This document shows, one piece after another, positions 12,222 to 25,925 of a stretch of 64,000 nt of DNA (positions within the stretch are counted from its first letter, which is position 1; every line of letters starts with the position of its first letter). A program made the translations under genes and the position numbers. The DNA is from Octopus sinensis (taxonomy: Eukaryota), in NCBI RefSeq assembly GCF_006345805.1, contig NC_043000.1:23436001-23500000 (forward strand). Reading direction: 5' to 3'. Under the pieces are notes generated by a model. That model was given only the letters and a program-made list of their open reading frames with translations, was not told where the DNA came from and did not search any database.

Positions 12222-14617
12222 GCTGTACAGGTTTCATGGAGATATACATTTGTTATCACTGTGAAAGAGAATTCACTAATAAAGATGCAATGCGCATTCA
12301 CCAAAATGCCTGCAGTCACCGTCCAGATAATCAGCCTGGTATGCGAACTCCTCCGCCCCCACCAGCTCCCTCTTGTTCCTCCAAAAAGCTGCTATCACAT
12401 GCAGGACAACCTGTACGGCCAGTTACAAGTTTGTTGAATGAGGATGATTCCCAGAAATCTACAAAAGAAGGTTTCTTAAAATATTTCCAGTTGGTCCAAA
12501 CTCACAAAGCTGAGAAAATTAAATCTGACAAATTAAAACTGGGACAGAATACAGATGTTGACTGCCAAATAATTGATGTTGAACCCCGGGACTCTGTTCA
12601 GCAAACTTCTCCACGCACTCCTAAGTCCCTGATCTCCCAGCTAAGTCGGGAAGTAGAGCCTGGGCTCCATCGGAAACGCTTGTGTCCGACAAATACAGAA
12701 GAAAGTGATGGTGACAGTGGCTATAGCACTACTGGAAATGGAGTTGAAGAGATCGATGCATTCAAGAAGAGTTCCAAAACCAATTCATTGCTTTGTATTG
12801 ATATTTCATCTCTACTTGGCTTGCGAATTCAGAAGCATGTCAAGGCAGAAACTACACTGCAAGCTCTGCCTGATATCGAACAGTATTGTAAGACTCCAGA
12901 AAAAAATGATGCTTTAGAAAGACTACGTAGCAGACCAATTACGTATCCAATTACTTTTAGAAACTCTAAAAAAATTAACACAAAATATAGTCACGAATAC
13001 AAATTTACTAAAGCTCAAAGGAAAGAATTTATGAAACTTGTTCAGACAGGACTGAATAAACAGAGTCGCATGCTTAAACGCAGTTTAAAGATGTGTAGTG
13101 TGCGTCTTCGCCGATTAGATGAAGAGGAGATTAAGAAATGGACAGCTCCTAAAAGGGACGCTCGTGTAAACATCCAGCCTTTGACACATGATCAAATACT
13201 TTTATGGACTTCTAAACGAGAGTGCTTGAAGGACTCTCAAAATATTACTAGTATGTATCCTTGGTCTCCTCAAAAGTTTTCTAAATCTTTTCCACCTAAT
13301 AGACAATCTACACCAGTTCGTCGAATAGGTTATCATTATTACAAAATTGGTAGTCCTGTACATAAAAAAGTACGAAAATTGCCTCATCCAATGACAGTAT
13401 ATAAGAGTGTGTACTCTGCCGATTCTACCTCGAAACCCAAATCTCTTCCTGGGGTTCATCAGTTTGTTCCCTCAGTAAAACATCCCCTATCTGACTCTCA
13501 CCCATTCCCAATGAGGCATTCTGCAGAATTGTCTAGATTCTTAACTAATCATCATGCACCTCCTAAATTAGACCAAACTTCTCAACATTATAGGAACCCT
13601 TATAAACCTATTAAATCATTAAACACTGAACCCATCAGTTCTCAACCTTACATCAACCTTTCCAACAGTCCTGTCACCACACAGTTTCTTATGAAATGTA
13701 TTCCTCCAGAAACTCAAAACTGTCCATCGTCATCATCACTAATGATGATACCAGTTAGTGGAGACTCTTCCGCAAACATTGCACAGGAGCAAGCCAACCT
13801 AGAAATTGCTGCTAATCATGGATTGCCCCCATCTCATAGTGTTGTACCCAACTCTCAAGAACCATTGAAGCTTGTAATCAAATCACAAGCGAACACACCA
13901 AATGACTTAAATGTGAATGAAGCAGGGGATGACAATGTGTCTATCCACACCATATCTTCAGATTCTGAAGATGACGAACAGACATGGATTACTCGTTGTA
14001 CAATATGTAGGTGTGGTCCTTGTCAGTGTCCACCTGATGCCTGTTTTAGGTTCCCTCCCTCTCATATGCAGTCCATTCCTCACTTTCAAGTACTTGATCA
14101 CAATAATCCACGCATTAATGACCAGAACATTAACAACACAAACATTAATGCTGTTGAGAACTCACCGATGCGTGTCATTGTAAACTACAACAAACAGAAT
14201 CAGAACATAAACTATTCCGATAGCAACAATTACCTGTCCAATGCATGTGATCAACAGGTGAGTCCAAAGCATGTGTATGCTCCAATTATTAAATCTGTTG
14301 GTCATCTTGAGAAGCAGGTGCTGAAGCAGTTCCATACAGGGAGTCCTGACATATGCACAAGTAGTCCACTCAAAGTTATCAATCGTGTTGAGCAGTCTCA
14401 TAACCCTAAACACTATGCCAATGATCTGGTAGGGAGCCAGCCAGAGACAGCTGTATCTCATAATAAACACTTCAATCAACAAAGGACTAAAAATTGGCAT
14501 AGTGCTTACAATAGTAACAAAATCAGAATTCAAAGGGTTGGTCAAAGCCCAAGAGCTAATGATTTAGATGAGGATGATGACATCCAGATTCTAGAAGAAG
14601 TCATCTGTATAGATTAA
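12222..14617 (+). CDS. Large terminal coding exon of gene A: uncharacterised nuclear protein with zinc finger, basic region and long disordered tail
   Basis: Part of the 815-aa ORF, whose first 17 codons are intronic pyrimidine tract (tttttcttcag|gc, phase 1). Contains CYHCEREFTNKDAMRIHQNAC (C2HC-like finger), Lys/Arg-rich segments and CTICRCGPCQCPPDAC, and ends EEVICID-TAA. The three exons give 876 aa. Confidence 0.9.
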
Positions 14618-17400
14618 AAACAAAATTGATTTGGGTGGGGGTGAATGTTACAAAATTGCTAACATGAAGAAAAAAAATGTAGGAAATTTACAGAACTCTG
14701 TTTTAGTAGTTTGTCTACTTTCCTACTGGTGTTTATAAGGAAATACAGCTTATCTGGTCCAATTTGGTACTGGATGTCAGCTATTGTGTGTGTAAGTATG
14801 CATGCATGTTTCCATTTTGGAGCAGTCACTAAACAGGAATGTCTCCAGCAATGTAATTTTTAGAGAGCTGAAGAAGAAATGTTCTTTATGAAAAACAAAA
14901 TAAAAAGTATATGTATAAAGAGAAACCAAAAAAAAAAAAAAATTCACAAATATTGATTGTTGTAAATAGAAACATTAATACTGGAGAAGACATCTAATCT
15001 TACCTGGTCTGACACTCATGTTTCATTCTCATGTGCATATATATCCTGAGGCTAGTATTTTTCACATCTCATTCATATCACATGCTCATCACTGCTCCCC
15101 ACCAAAAATAATTTTTTTTTAATTCTGAATTTTAGAGTTAATGTGATTTAGAGATAAATAATTGATAGAAAGGTACATCGGTTGTATCTTTCTCTCTCTC
15201 TTTTTTTTCCAACCACCTTCCAAATTGTGTATACAATTGTGAAAGTTAATGTGACTGTACATGTATGTGTGTAAATAATGTGGTTTTTATGTTATTTTAT
15301 TTAAACAGTCTTGCCTCCCCTTCCCACCGTAATTTCTTTTATAATTCCTTTGATCTTCTCCATAGGAATTATCTTTTTTTTATACACACTCAGTAGAGTT
15401 AAAATTCTTCATTAAAAAATGTACATTTGGGAACGAACATCTATATTCATAGAAAAATCTTTGATAAAAACCCTTAGACTGCTAAGGAAATTACATATTT
15501 GCACTAAGTGCAAACTTGTTTTTAAATTAAAACATTTTCCTCCTCCCCTTCAATATATATTTTGATTTTTCCTTATTTTACTTGTTTAAAATTGGTCTTT
15601 ATTTTTGAAGTAGTGGACAGTTAAGAATTCTTCTATATAAACCATTTGAAATAGATTTGGGTCACGACTCATAATCCCAGAACATTGCATATGAATTATG
15701 TCAGTCATGCTCACGTAAAAGACAGACTAATTTCCAAAATAGAGGAATCAGTATTTTGAAAATTTGCTTCCCATCAAGGTCCAGGGCTAAAATGTGCTTC
15801 CATATTGTAACCCTGTTCTATTTTAACTTGCTTGAACTGTCATTGAATGTTGGTGCAGTTTGTAACCAAAGACAGAAATAAAAGCCTGAAGGGTTTCAGT
15901 TGTCTTCTGTCACTTATGCTCCACCATTTAAAAATGTATTGACTAGAAAATACCCCCATCCCCCATGTGACACTATGCACCTACAACTAAACAGTCTTCT
16001 GTATCATTAGAAATTCACTCGGATTTAATGATTAGTTTTCTGTCAGGGATTAATGCATACGTTTGTTTATGGCTGTATGTGTTTTTGAATAACTCCAGTC
16101 AGTTCCATTCAAGCAAGCTTCTCGATCAGGGATATCAATTATAATTTGTTGATTGTCTTCTGATCCAGCATATCATATACATTCTATAATCTAGTCTGGT
16201 TTCACTACACTTTCTTTCATAGCCTGGGATTGGTGTTGTATCATACATTCAACTTACTGTCCGGCCTGTATTTGTATGCCTGGAGGGTTTAGTGATGACT
16301 AGGTTTGCTTATGTGTAGAGAAAATATACTGGTTGCTTTTATGTAATAGATGCATCTTTATAGTCATTGTCAGTGTCACTTTCCAGATTCTTTCCTGGTA
16401 TATTTTATGGTAATATTGACATGTCTATTCTGTAGTATCAAACTGAAGGCCAAAATTATCATTGACCAGGTTAACAAAATGGTTAAATAGTTTAACAGTT
16501 TTTAGACTGTTTCTCTTTTTTATGCAAGTAATTAACCCCAGCACTTATTCCCCCCCCCCAGCCAAACTTATGTAGAAAGTTTTAACTATTTAAAAAAATT
16601 TTTGCTTTGTACCCAAATACAATCAAATTGTTTTTTTTTTTTTTATTTTGTTGTAATTTATAATTTTTAGTTAGGCGAAACAATTGATTTCTATAAATGA
16701 AAGAATTTTTCACAGATTTTTTTTTTTATGGAGAGGAAATGAAACAAGAAGAAAAAAAAAAGATGGGGGGTAAAAGGCCAGTGTTCACCTCTAATTGTCC
16801 TTGCCATTCATTGTGAACTTTGAGGTTGGAACCATCCTAAAAGTTTCCCGTCTTGTGTGAGGGGAAAATAGCTGTTAGTGATAAGGATTTCTCCTATGGA
16901 TAGATCCACTTTGATCATTGTCATTTGCCAGAATATCATTCCTTTCTCTGTTAACAACAGAAAATATTTTACATATTGTTTATACTGAACAGCTGAACCA
17001 GTGATTCAGTGTGATATTGAACAAAAAGCTTCTGACAAAGACGAATTGATACAACCATTTTAATAACTTTTTTTTAATCATTTTATATTATTTGTAAAAT
17101 GACACCAAGCCCACAAATCCAGTGTGATTTTTTTTTAATGCTTACTTTAGAGTAGTTCTTTATAAACTTGAACAGAAATAATATGAACAATCTGGTGGAT
17201 AGTGGTTTTACTTAATTTAGCAGAAACATTAATTATTTTCAGAAATTAAGGAGAGACTGTATTTCATCAGTTGATCTTAATAGATCTTTGATAGATTTTT
17301 CTGAATTCACTTTAACTTAATAGACTCTGTGTTGTGTCCATATTTAAGGCACTTTATTCTTCCTGCCTAATTAAGAAACTTATTTACAGATTTGATAGAT
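14618..17400 (+). other. Probable long 3' UTR of gene A (could extend to about 19.7 kb)
   Basis: Repeat-poor, U-rich sequence after the stop codon with several AATAAA (e.g. 14899-14904, cluster near 19570-19690). The end cannot be fixed from sequence alone. Confidence 0.4.
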
Positions 17401-19987
17401 GATCGAACAAAATACCTTGTGGTATTTAGCTTCACCTCTTATATCAAATTCTACTATTGGTTGACTTTGCCTTTCCATCCTTCCAGGGTCAGAAATATTC
17501 AGTTATTCCCTTCCCCACCAAATCTGAGGCCTTGTGCCTTTGTTAAATATTGTTAAGGTAGACGTTTGGCAGGACTGTTAGGTATTGGGGGGAAATGCTT
17601 TACATTCGGAGTTTGAATCCCACTGAGGTCAATAAAATACAAGACTGGTCAAGCACTGGGTTCAATTTAAATGAGTAAACCCCTCCCCCCAAAATTGCTG
17701 GGCTTTGTGCCTAAATTAGTAACACTAATTATTGCATTGAAGTTGGAAGAAATTGTAGAACATGATTACAGTATTTGGCCTTGTTCCTTTAAGGTTCTGA
17801 GTTCAAGTCCCGCCAGGGTTGACTTTGCTTTTTTCATCACTTTGAGGTTGATAAAATAAGTACTAGTTGTATACTAGGTCAGTTCAATTGATTATGTCCC
17901 TCTCCTTACAAACTTGTGGCTTCATGCTGATATGTTTCTTCCGGCTTCACATTCTGAGTTCCAATTTCACCGTGGTTGATTTTGCCTTTCATCCTTTTGG
18001 GGTTGATAAAATAGGTATCCATTGAGTACGGGATTGGGGAAGGTCAATGTAATCAACTAGCCCCCACACACACACACACACCCAAAATTTCAGGCCTTGT
18101 GCCTATAGTAGAAAGATTATTATTGTTATTATTATTATTATTATTATTACTACTACTACTATCGCCAGTACCACCACCATCACTCCCCTCCCATTATCAT
18201 CGTCATTATTATCATCACCATTATCTTCATTCTTATTTAATTTGCAAAATTCTACATTATTTCATTGAGCTTCTCTCCAGAAATACACTGCTTTAAACAA
18301 AATAAAATCCCAGGTATAATGGGTGACAACTCCAGGTGTATATGTTACCAATGATGGGTTGTGTTAATATATGGACTTCAAAACTCATGAATGAGAAACC
18401 TTGTCAAATAGTTTTGACTGTATGTAGATCGTGCAGGTGGAGTAGGACACATGTGAGGAAATAAAAAATAAAATGAGCTGAGTAACATTTGACAAGATTG
18501 ATAAGAAAACAATAAATGAGATCCAATCAACTTTTTCTACTGATGTTAATGTTTTTGTTGAATATCTTTTGTATATATAAATAAACTGCTTTATTAGCAA
18601 CTTCTTGCATCTCAATTTGTGATCTCCCATCATTCCAGTCTCTTTATATAGTTCTCAATTTTCATTTGTTTAATTCTTTTATTTCAAGTTAGATAACTCT
18701 TCAATATCTCAAATTTTGTTCATTGCATGCATTCGTGACTTCATTTTAATAGATGATTTTTTTTTCTTTTTCTCTCTCTCTCTCTCTCTTTTTTTTTTTT
18801 TTTTTTTTTACATTTTCCCCTCTTCATATTCATAGTTCAACTTATGCCAGTTTTATACCTATGCCACAAACATTTCCATTTAATCAAGAATGTCTAACTT
18901 CTATTCTTCAACTGATGCGAAAGCAGACATGAAAATGCCAAATTTACTAAACTTCTTAGTTTATTTTTCCTCCAGGAAGATGTATTTTATCTTGCATCAA
19001 ATTAGCTAAGAGATCAGTTTAGTGTTTACCGTTTTTTGGAACAAGTTGGTAGATCTCCTCCTTCTCCAAATTTTGAGAATATTTAATTTCTTTCTTAAAA
19101 AAAAAAAAAAAATCAACAGCTGAGTTTCTTAACTTGCCATTTTTTATGTTGGGTGACAGAAGTGAAACAAGGTTAAAACCTGTGACATGTAAACATAATT
19201 TTTTTTTTTTCATTGTATTTCTTCGGTAATACAATTACTTTTATTTATTTATTTTTCCCCTCAAATTTCACAACCAGTTAATCCAAATCAACACAGACAC
19301 ATTTCTATATAGATTTAAAAAAAAAAAAAAGACACAACTTTGAAATTACAGCAAATTTTTTCTCGTGTTATTCTGGAGAAGAAAAAAAAACGTCTTTACA
19401 ATATGGTTTTCTTTTATTTTTCAATTGACAAAATAATGAGAATTTTTTTTTTTAATATAATCTGGAAGTATTTAATGTTTAGTCCAGTTGGATCATGCTG
19501 ACCTGGTTTAGTAAAAATGGAAGTGGTGTGTGTGTGTGTGTGTGTCTGTGTCCATGTGCATATGTGTATTGAATAAATGAATGTGTGAGGTGGGCTAAGT
19601 TATGTGATAGTGTGAAAAAGATTTTGGAAATAAATATAAGCCATGATGTGTATAGAGTTACAAAACAGAAAAATATATCAAATAAATATGTTTAAAATGT
19701 TTCCATGTATTTGTTGCTTTCATTTCATTTCAGATTTGATATCCAAAGCTGTCCGTAAAACATCCTCATCTACAGACGTGATAAGTGCAATGTGAAATTA
19801 ACTGGTTGTAATAAAAGCATACATTTGTTTAACTGATTACTCAGAGACAATATTGGATTGTGGGAATTAGAAGAATATAATAATTTTGAAAACAAAAGCT
19901 CACTGCTCTTTTCATTCCTCTAGCAATGTTGACATCTATGAAATTTTGTTTAGTTCTGCCTGTCTTGTTCCATTCAGAAAACTTACA

Positions 19988-20310
19988 CATATCTTTATAT
20001 TCAAGTAAACACGGATGTCTTGTTAGAACACTGAATATTATGTTAATCGCCCTGAGAGAACCTCCCTTATAGGCATCTGGTCATGAATGTTGGAATTCCC
20101 ATATCTCGTAATTGCAGTCTACTGGACCTCATCTGTTGGAAGTGCCAGTCAAATCTCAATTCAGCCAGCACTTCCTACTGATGAGGTCCAGTAGACTGAA
20201 ATTACGAGATATGGGAATTCTGTCGCCCATGACAGAGGTTCTCAGAAGGCTAGTAATGCAATATTTGGTGTTCTAACAAGATATCCATGTTAAGTTGGAT
20301 ATAAAGATTG
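19988..20310. mobile_element. Inverted repeat of about 150 bp arms, probably a Penelope-like pseudo-LTR pair
   Basis: Arms about 19988-20143 and 20168-20310 are reverse complements (e.g. gaattcccatatctcgtaatt / aattacgagatatgggaattc). The right arm carries a hammerhead core. Confidence 0.7.
20172..20217 (+). ncRNA. Minimal type I hammerhead ribozyme
   Basis: Stem I ttccta/tgggaa; core CTGATGA (20178-84); stem II GGTC-cagta-GACT; GAAA (20198-201); minimal stem III T..A; AUA cleavage triplet at 20209-11. Confidence 0.7.
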
Positions 20311-20957
20311 CCTTTCAGTTTTTAATACTGCTTCCATTACTAATTTTATATATATATATTACTCTAAGTTTGTGGCATAATATATTCACAACCCTTAGCA
20401 TGTTTCAGAAAGAAGTACTACAGCCATCTCTTATAGCTAACCCAGGTTTATATGTATATATTGTCTGAGGTGGTGTAAGAGTTGTTCCTTTTTCTCCAGA
20501 TAGCAGCTAAAATTTTGAGTACGATCCAGTGTCCAACTGTTTATTTTTCCATTTAATAACCCAGCTAGAGAAAGAGACCTATACCTACATCATTGCACTT
20601 TATGAAAATGTATCTAAAAAAAAGGTTTAGAAATGTATTTTCTTTTACACACTATCTGCATCAACCAGTCTAATGAATATTGTTATACATCTCTGGTTAC
20701 AATGCAGTTCCAACTCTTTCCATCTTGGCCCAAATTGTTTAGCTCTATCATTCTTCTCATCATTGTGGAGGCCTTTCCATTCTTTTGCATACCACTTGGC
20801 AACTGCACAGGTCCAGCTGTGATCAAATAGTTTACTTTGCTCTGCTTTCTAATTATCTCATTTTTGATATGCTCCCACAGTGATATTCTAAACGAGTCTC
20901 TCCATGGCTAAGTTTTATGTGCATATATATTGCAAGGATCTGACAAATAACATGAGT

Positions 20958-21419
20958 TCATGGTTGTTTCCTGCACCAGTTTCGCATAGCAGCCCCAGCC
21001 CATCCAAAGTACCTTGGATTGCAGAACAACCTGCTGTGCTTTAGGAGACCTATTGAGTCAAGTTCATCAACATCAAAATAAATATCAAATGGAAATTGTA
21101 GTTGTGATACCTGTGCCAGTGGCATGTAAAATGCACCATCTGAATGTGGCCGATGCCAGCGCCACCTTGCCTGGCTTTTGTGCCGGTGGCATGTAAAAAG
21201 CACCAACTGATCGTGGCCACTGCCAGCTTCCCCTGGCACGTAAAAAGCACCCACTATACTCACAGAGTGGTTAGCGTTAGGAAGGGCATCCAACTGTAGA
21301 AACACTGCCGGATCAGACTGGAGCCTGGTGCAACCGCCTGGCTTCACAGACCCTGGTCGAACCATCCAACCCATGCTAGCATGGAAAACGGACGTTAAAC
21401 GGCAATGATGATGATGATC
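20958..21419 (+). mobile_element. Abundant (GAT)n-tailed interspersed repeat (SINE-like or RTE-associated)
   Basis: Shares ggaagggcatcc...acccatgctagcatggaaa.cggacgttaa(gat)n with many other copies in the window. Confidence 0.7.
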
Positions 21420-22330
21420 CAAATATTTACATAATTTCAGTCTAGGTTAAAGAAAGCAGAAAAATGCTAATTACAATAAAAGAAAGGTGTAATCAAATCA
21501 CAATATAAAGTAGTTTTCAATGAAGAACTTATTTGGCTACATAAATTAACTTACTTCAGTATATTGATTAATTTCTTGAGTTTGCATTTTTGCAGTTAAT
21601 GCTTTGATATCCAGCTGGGATAATGTTAAAGCTGTTTTAGAAAAAATAGCAAATGTTGGCATGGCCTTGTAGTTAAGAAGTTGCTTTCCAACCAATTTAT
21701 TTTCAGGTTCAATCCCACTGCATGGCTCCTTGGGTGTTTTCTACTTTAGCCCTGGGCCAAGCAAAGCTTTGTGGGTGGATTTGATAGAGGAAAACAAAAT
21801 GGAATGTGAAACAAACCTTTTGAAAATGTATGTATATAGGTTTGTATGTATATATGTGTGTGTGTGTGCAGTTCCTTGTAACACTATACAATAGTTGTAA
21901 ATGTATGTCATAAAAGCAGTGTTGTTATTTTCAATTTTCCATGGAAACACGTCCAACTATAAAAAATACGCCTCAACAAATTCCATCTGAGCCATGCAAG
22001 CTTGGAAAAGTAGGGGCTAAAACAATGATGGTGATGAGCATTGAATTCTAATATCATGTGAGGAACTACTCATAACTTCGAACGTTACAGTATTGTTGTT
22101 TATCGTTAGGAACCAGTATGGAGGGTAAAAGTACTAAAATGTTCAAAATATATACCTCAGTGACAAGGCAAAGATATGTATGGTGATATTTGAATTAAGG
22201 AGTGTAGACCATCACACTAAAAAAGAGTTATTTAACGATGCAATAATTGTGTCGTGAAAAACACCTGTTCCTATAGGACAACTACCCACTTAGTTAATTA
22301 ACCCCTCTCTAATATATTAAGAAGTTTTAA

Positions 22331-23420
22331 CCCTTTGTTACCAACCCGGCTGAAACTGGCTCTGGCTCTTTAGTATAAATGTCTTGTTTTTATAAATTTT
22401 GAATTAAAATCTTCCACCAAATCTTAGTCACAATTTATGTTCCTAACACTAGCTTAATGGTAACTAAGTTATTTTACTAAATTCTTTGTTATATTTAAAA
22501 TAATTGGAAGAAACACAAAGCATCACAAAATAAATACAGTAACATCATCATCATCATCATCATCATTTAACGTCCGCTTTCCATGCTAGCATGGGTTGGA
22601 TGGTTCAACTGGGGTCTGGGGAGCCCGAAGGCTGCACCAGGCCAGTCAGATCTGGCAGTGTTTCTACAGCTGGATGCCCTTCCTAATGCCAACCACTCCG
22701 AGAGTGTAGTGGGTGATTTTATGTGCCACCGACACAGGTGCCAGACGAGGCTGGCGAACGGCCACGCTCGGATGGTGTTTTTTATGTGCCACCGACACAG
22801 GTGCCAGACGAGGCTGGCAGACGGCCACGCTCGGATGGTGTTTTTATGTGCCACCGACACAGGTGCCAGATGAGGCTGGCGAACGGCCACGATCGGATGG
22901 TGTTTGTTATGTGCCCACAGCATGGAGGCCAGTCGATGCGGTACTGGCTACGGCCACGTTCAGATGGTTTTCTTGTGTACCACCGGCACTGGTACCACAA
23001 AGATACAAATTCCATTGATGTTCATCTATTTTGATTTGTTTTGATTTTCACTTGCCTCAACAGGTCTTCACAAGTGTCACAAGAAGGAAGGTATGCACAG
23101 GTGGACTGACTACGTCCCAGGTAGGGGCCACAGGTTATGGCCTGACTAGTCTTGCCGGGTCTTCGGATGGTGTTTTTATGTGCCACCGACACAGGTGCCA
23201 GATGAGGCTGGCAAACGGCCACGATCGGATGGTGTTTGTTACATGCCCACAGCACGGAGGCCAGTCGGTGCGGTACTGGCTACGGCCACGTTCGGATGGT
23301 TTTCTTGTGTGCCACCGGCACTGGTACCACAAAGATACAAATTCCATTGATGTTCATCTATTTTGATTTGTTTTGATTTGATTTTGATTTTGATTTTCAC
23401 TTGCCTCAACAGGTCAGGGT
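22331..23420. mobile_element. TTAA MITE whose right TIR is interrupted by a (GAT)n-tailed repeat (22544-23416)
   Basis: ttaacccctttgttacc...aatacagtaac|catcatcat...caacaggtc|agggttaa. The insert contains ~62-bp tandem units and a ~250-bp internal duplication. Confidence 0.75.
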
Positions 23421-24008
23421 TAAATTGTCATTTGTTGTTCTCAGGGGACTCCCTGTACCAGTGCCATGTAAAAGCACCCAGTACACTCTGTAAAGTGGTT
23501 GGCATAAGGAAGGCTATCCAGCCGTAGAAACCATGCTAAAACAGACATGCTACTTGGCCAGCTCCTGTCAAACCATGCCAAGACATTTCATGTTGCTATA
23601 TGCTCACTTCAGCATCTGATGTGGCACACATTGCACCTGTATGTGCAATATCGATTTGATGGAGTGAGCGAGCTAATGTACTGTACAAATATTTGACCAC
23701 TGTAAAAAAAATCACCTCAGCAGGATATTTCAGCTTTGCAGAACCCTCGTCTCGTTTTCAACCAGAGAGTCCTCCCTGATTATCATAGGGCTTTTGATTC
23801 ATGGATGTGTACAGTGGACTGGACTGTTAAGAAATTTTTGTTTCAGTAATTTATTTGGTTCATAAATAAAAGGTAATTAGTTTTGTTACTGATGGGATTC
23901 AAATCATCAACTGCTAGGTCACAACACCCTGGCCAGCCATGATTCAGGGATTATTTTGTGGTGAAAATCTTGTATGTATATATGTGTTAAGATTATATAA
24001 ACATAAAA

Positions 24009-24379
24009 GGCATAGGAGTGGCTGTGTGGTAAGTAGCTTATTTACCAACCACGTGGTTCTGGGTTCAGTCCCACTGCATGACACCTTAGTTAAGTGTCTT
24101 CTGCTATAGCCTCGGGCTGACCAAAGCCTTATGAGTGGATTTGGTAGGCGGAAACTGAAAGAAGCTTGTATATATATATATATGTGTGTGTGTGTTTGTA
24201 CCCCCAACATTGCTTGACTACTGATGCTGGTGTGTTTACGTCCCTGTAACTTAGTGGTTCAGCAAAAGCAACCGATAGAATAAGTACTAGGCTTACAAAG
24301 GGGTCGATTTTCTCGACTAAAGGCAGTGCTCCAGCATGGCCACAGTCAAATGACTGAAACAAGTAAAAAAGTAAGAGTA
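24009..24379 (+). mobile_element. tRNA-derived CORE-type SINE
   Basis: Pol III A/B-box-like head (tggctgtgtggtaag...ggttcagtccc), CORE-like body (ttgggcaagtgtcttct in intact copies), internal (TA)/(TG) repeat and conserved tail. Multiple copies in the window. Confidence 0.75.
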
Positions 24380-24690
24380 TAATGCTGTTGTTAAGTAAAA
24401 AACACCTTTCTAGTGTTGAACCTCATCGAGGCAATGACATGACCACCAAGACCTTTGGCAATATGCTGTGCTTGAGTAGAAGACCCATCAAGCCAAATGA
24501 AATGGTAATTGTGGCATGTAAAAAGTACCCATTACACTCTCATAGTGGTTGGCATTAGAAAGGGCACCCAGCCATAGAAACCATGCCAAATCAGACTGGA
24601 GTCTGGTGCAGCCCCTCAGCTTGCCAGCCCTAGTCAAACCATCCAACCCATGCCAGCATGGACAATGGACGTTAAATGATGAGGACATAT

Positions 24691-24793
<103 letters not shown>

Positions 24794-24855
24794 TGTATGT
24801 AATGTATGTGTGTGTATGGATATGCGTATTTCTATGCATATATATATATATATAT

Positions 24856-25244
24856 TACTCTTTTACTTGTTTCAGTCATTTGACTGCGGCCATGCTGGAG
24901 CACCACCTTTAATCGAGCAACTCGACCCCAGGACTTATTCTTTTGTAAGCCCGTACTTATTCTATCGGTCTCTTTTGCCGAACCGCTAAGTAACGGGGGA
25001 CATAAACACACCAACATTAGTTGTCAAGCAATGCTAGGGGGACAAACACAGACGCACAAACACACACACGCATATATATACGACAGGCTTCTTTCAGTTT
25101 CCATCTACCAAATCCACTCACAAGGCTTTGGTCAGCCTGAGACTATAGTAGAAGACACTTGCCCAAGGTGCCACGCAGTGGGACTGAACCCGGAACCATG
25201 TGGTTAGTAAACAAGCTACTTACCACACAGCCACTCCTGCACCT
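24856..25244 (-). mobile_element. tRNA-derived CORE-type SINE
   Basis: Reverse complement of the family at 24009-24379. Confidence 0.75.
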
Positions 25245-25246
25245 AT

Positions 25247-25311
<65 letters not shown>

Positions 25312-25324
25312 TATATATATATAA

Positions 25325-25925
25325 GGGGTTGGTCATATTGAGATGTGGTCCTTTATATGCTTGTCTTTTTCTTAGGCATTTAACTCTGCCTTCTATTTTC
25401 ATTTTCATTGGTAGTTATTTTGCTTCTCTGTTTGTTGTATATATGGGGGGGGGGGTGCTAATTTTATTTTAAATGCATTTATTGAGGAGTTCTTGGTGGG
25501 TGTCTCCATCTATTGCATATTGGATTTTTGTCTTGTTTGCAAAGAGGTTTTTCTGATCTCTTGTTGAAATTGATGTCTCCTTGCACATGCCAAAGAACAC
25601 AAGAAGATATCCATTACAATGAAGCTACCTACAAATGGTCTATAATGGAGCAGTGTCATAAAATGGACAAATCAGAAAAAGAAAAAATAAATGGTGTTAC
25701 CAGTGGAATTTTCAAAGATAGATACAACACACATTCTGGATTAGAAAAAAAAATGCAGTGACCTTCTCTAATTACATATGGGAATTAAGAGAAAACAGCA
25801 TAACCACAACAATAAAATGAGAAATAATTGATTGTGCACCACAGAAAAATGCTGCATTGTCAAATAAAATAAGAGGACTGAGACCATGTCTAGAGGTAGA
25901 CACCAAAACAAATTCATTTTAAGAA
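25325..25925. mobile_element. Degenerate, rearranged Penelope-like remnant
   Basis: Plus-strand GIY-YIG-like fragments (GVTSGIFKDRYNTH; NYIWELREN...; RHQNKFIL) preceded by minus-strand RT-like fragments. Many stops. Confidence 0.45.

Noticed and set aside
22700-23360. Regularly spaced direct repeats resembling a CRISPR array, with overlapping ORFs
   Set aside because: The units are contiguous tandem copies without unique spacers, lie inside a eukaryotic interspersed repeat, and have no cas genes nearby.
24009-24075. tRNA-like sequences at SINE heads (also near 27150-27218 and 28888)
   Set aside because: No complete cloverleaf, and they continue directly into multi-copy SINE bodies.
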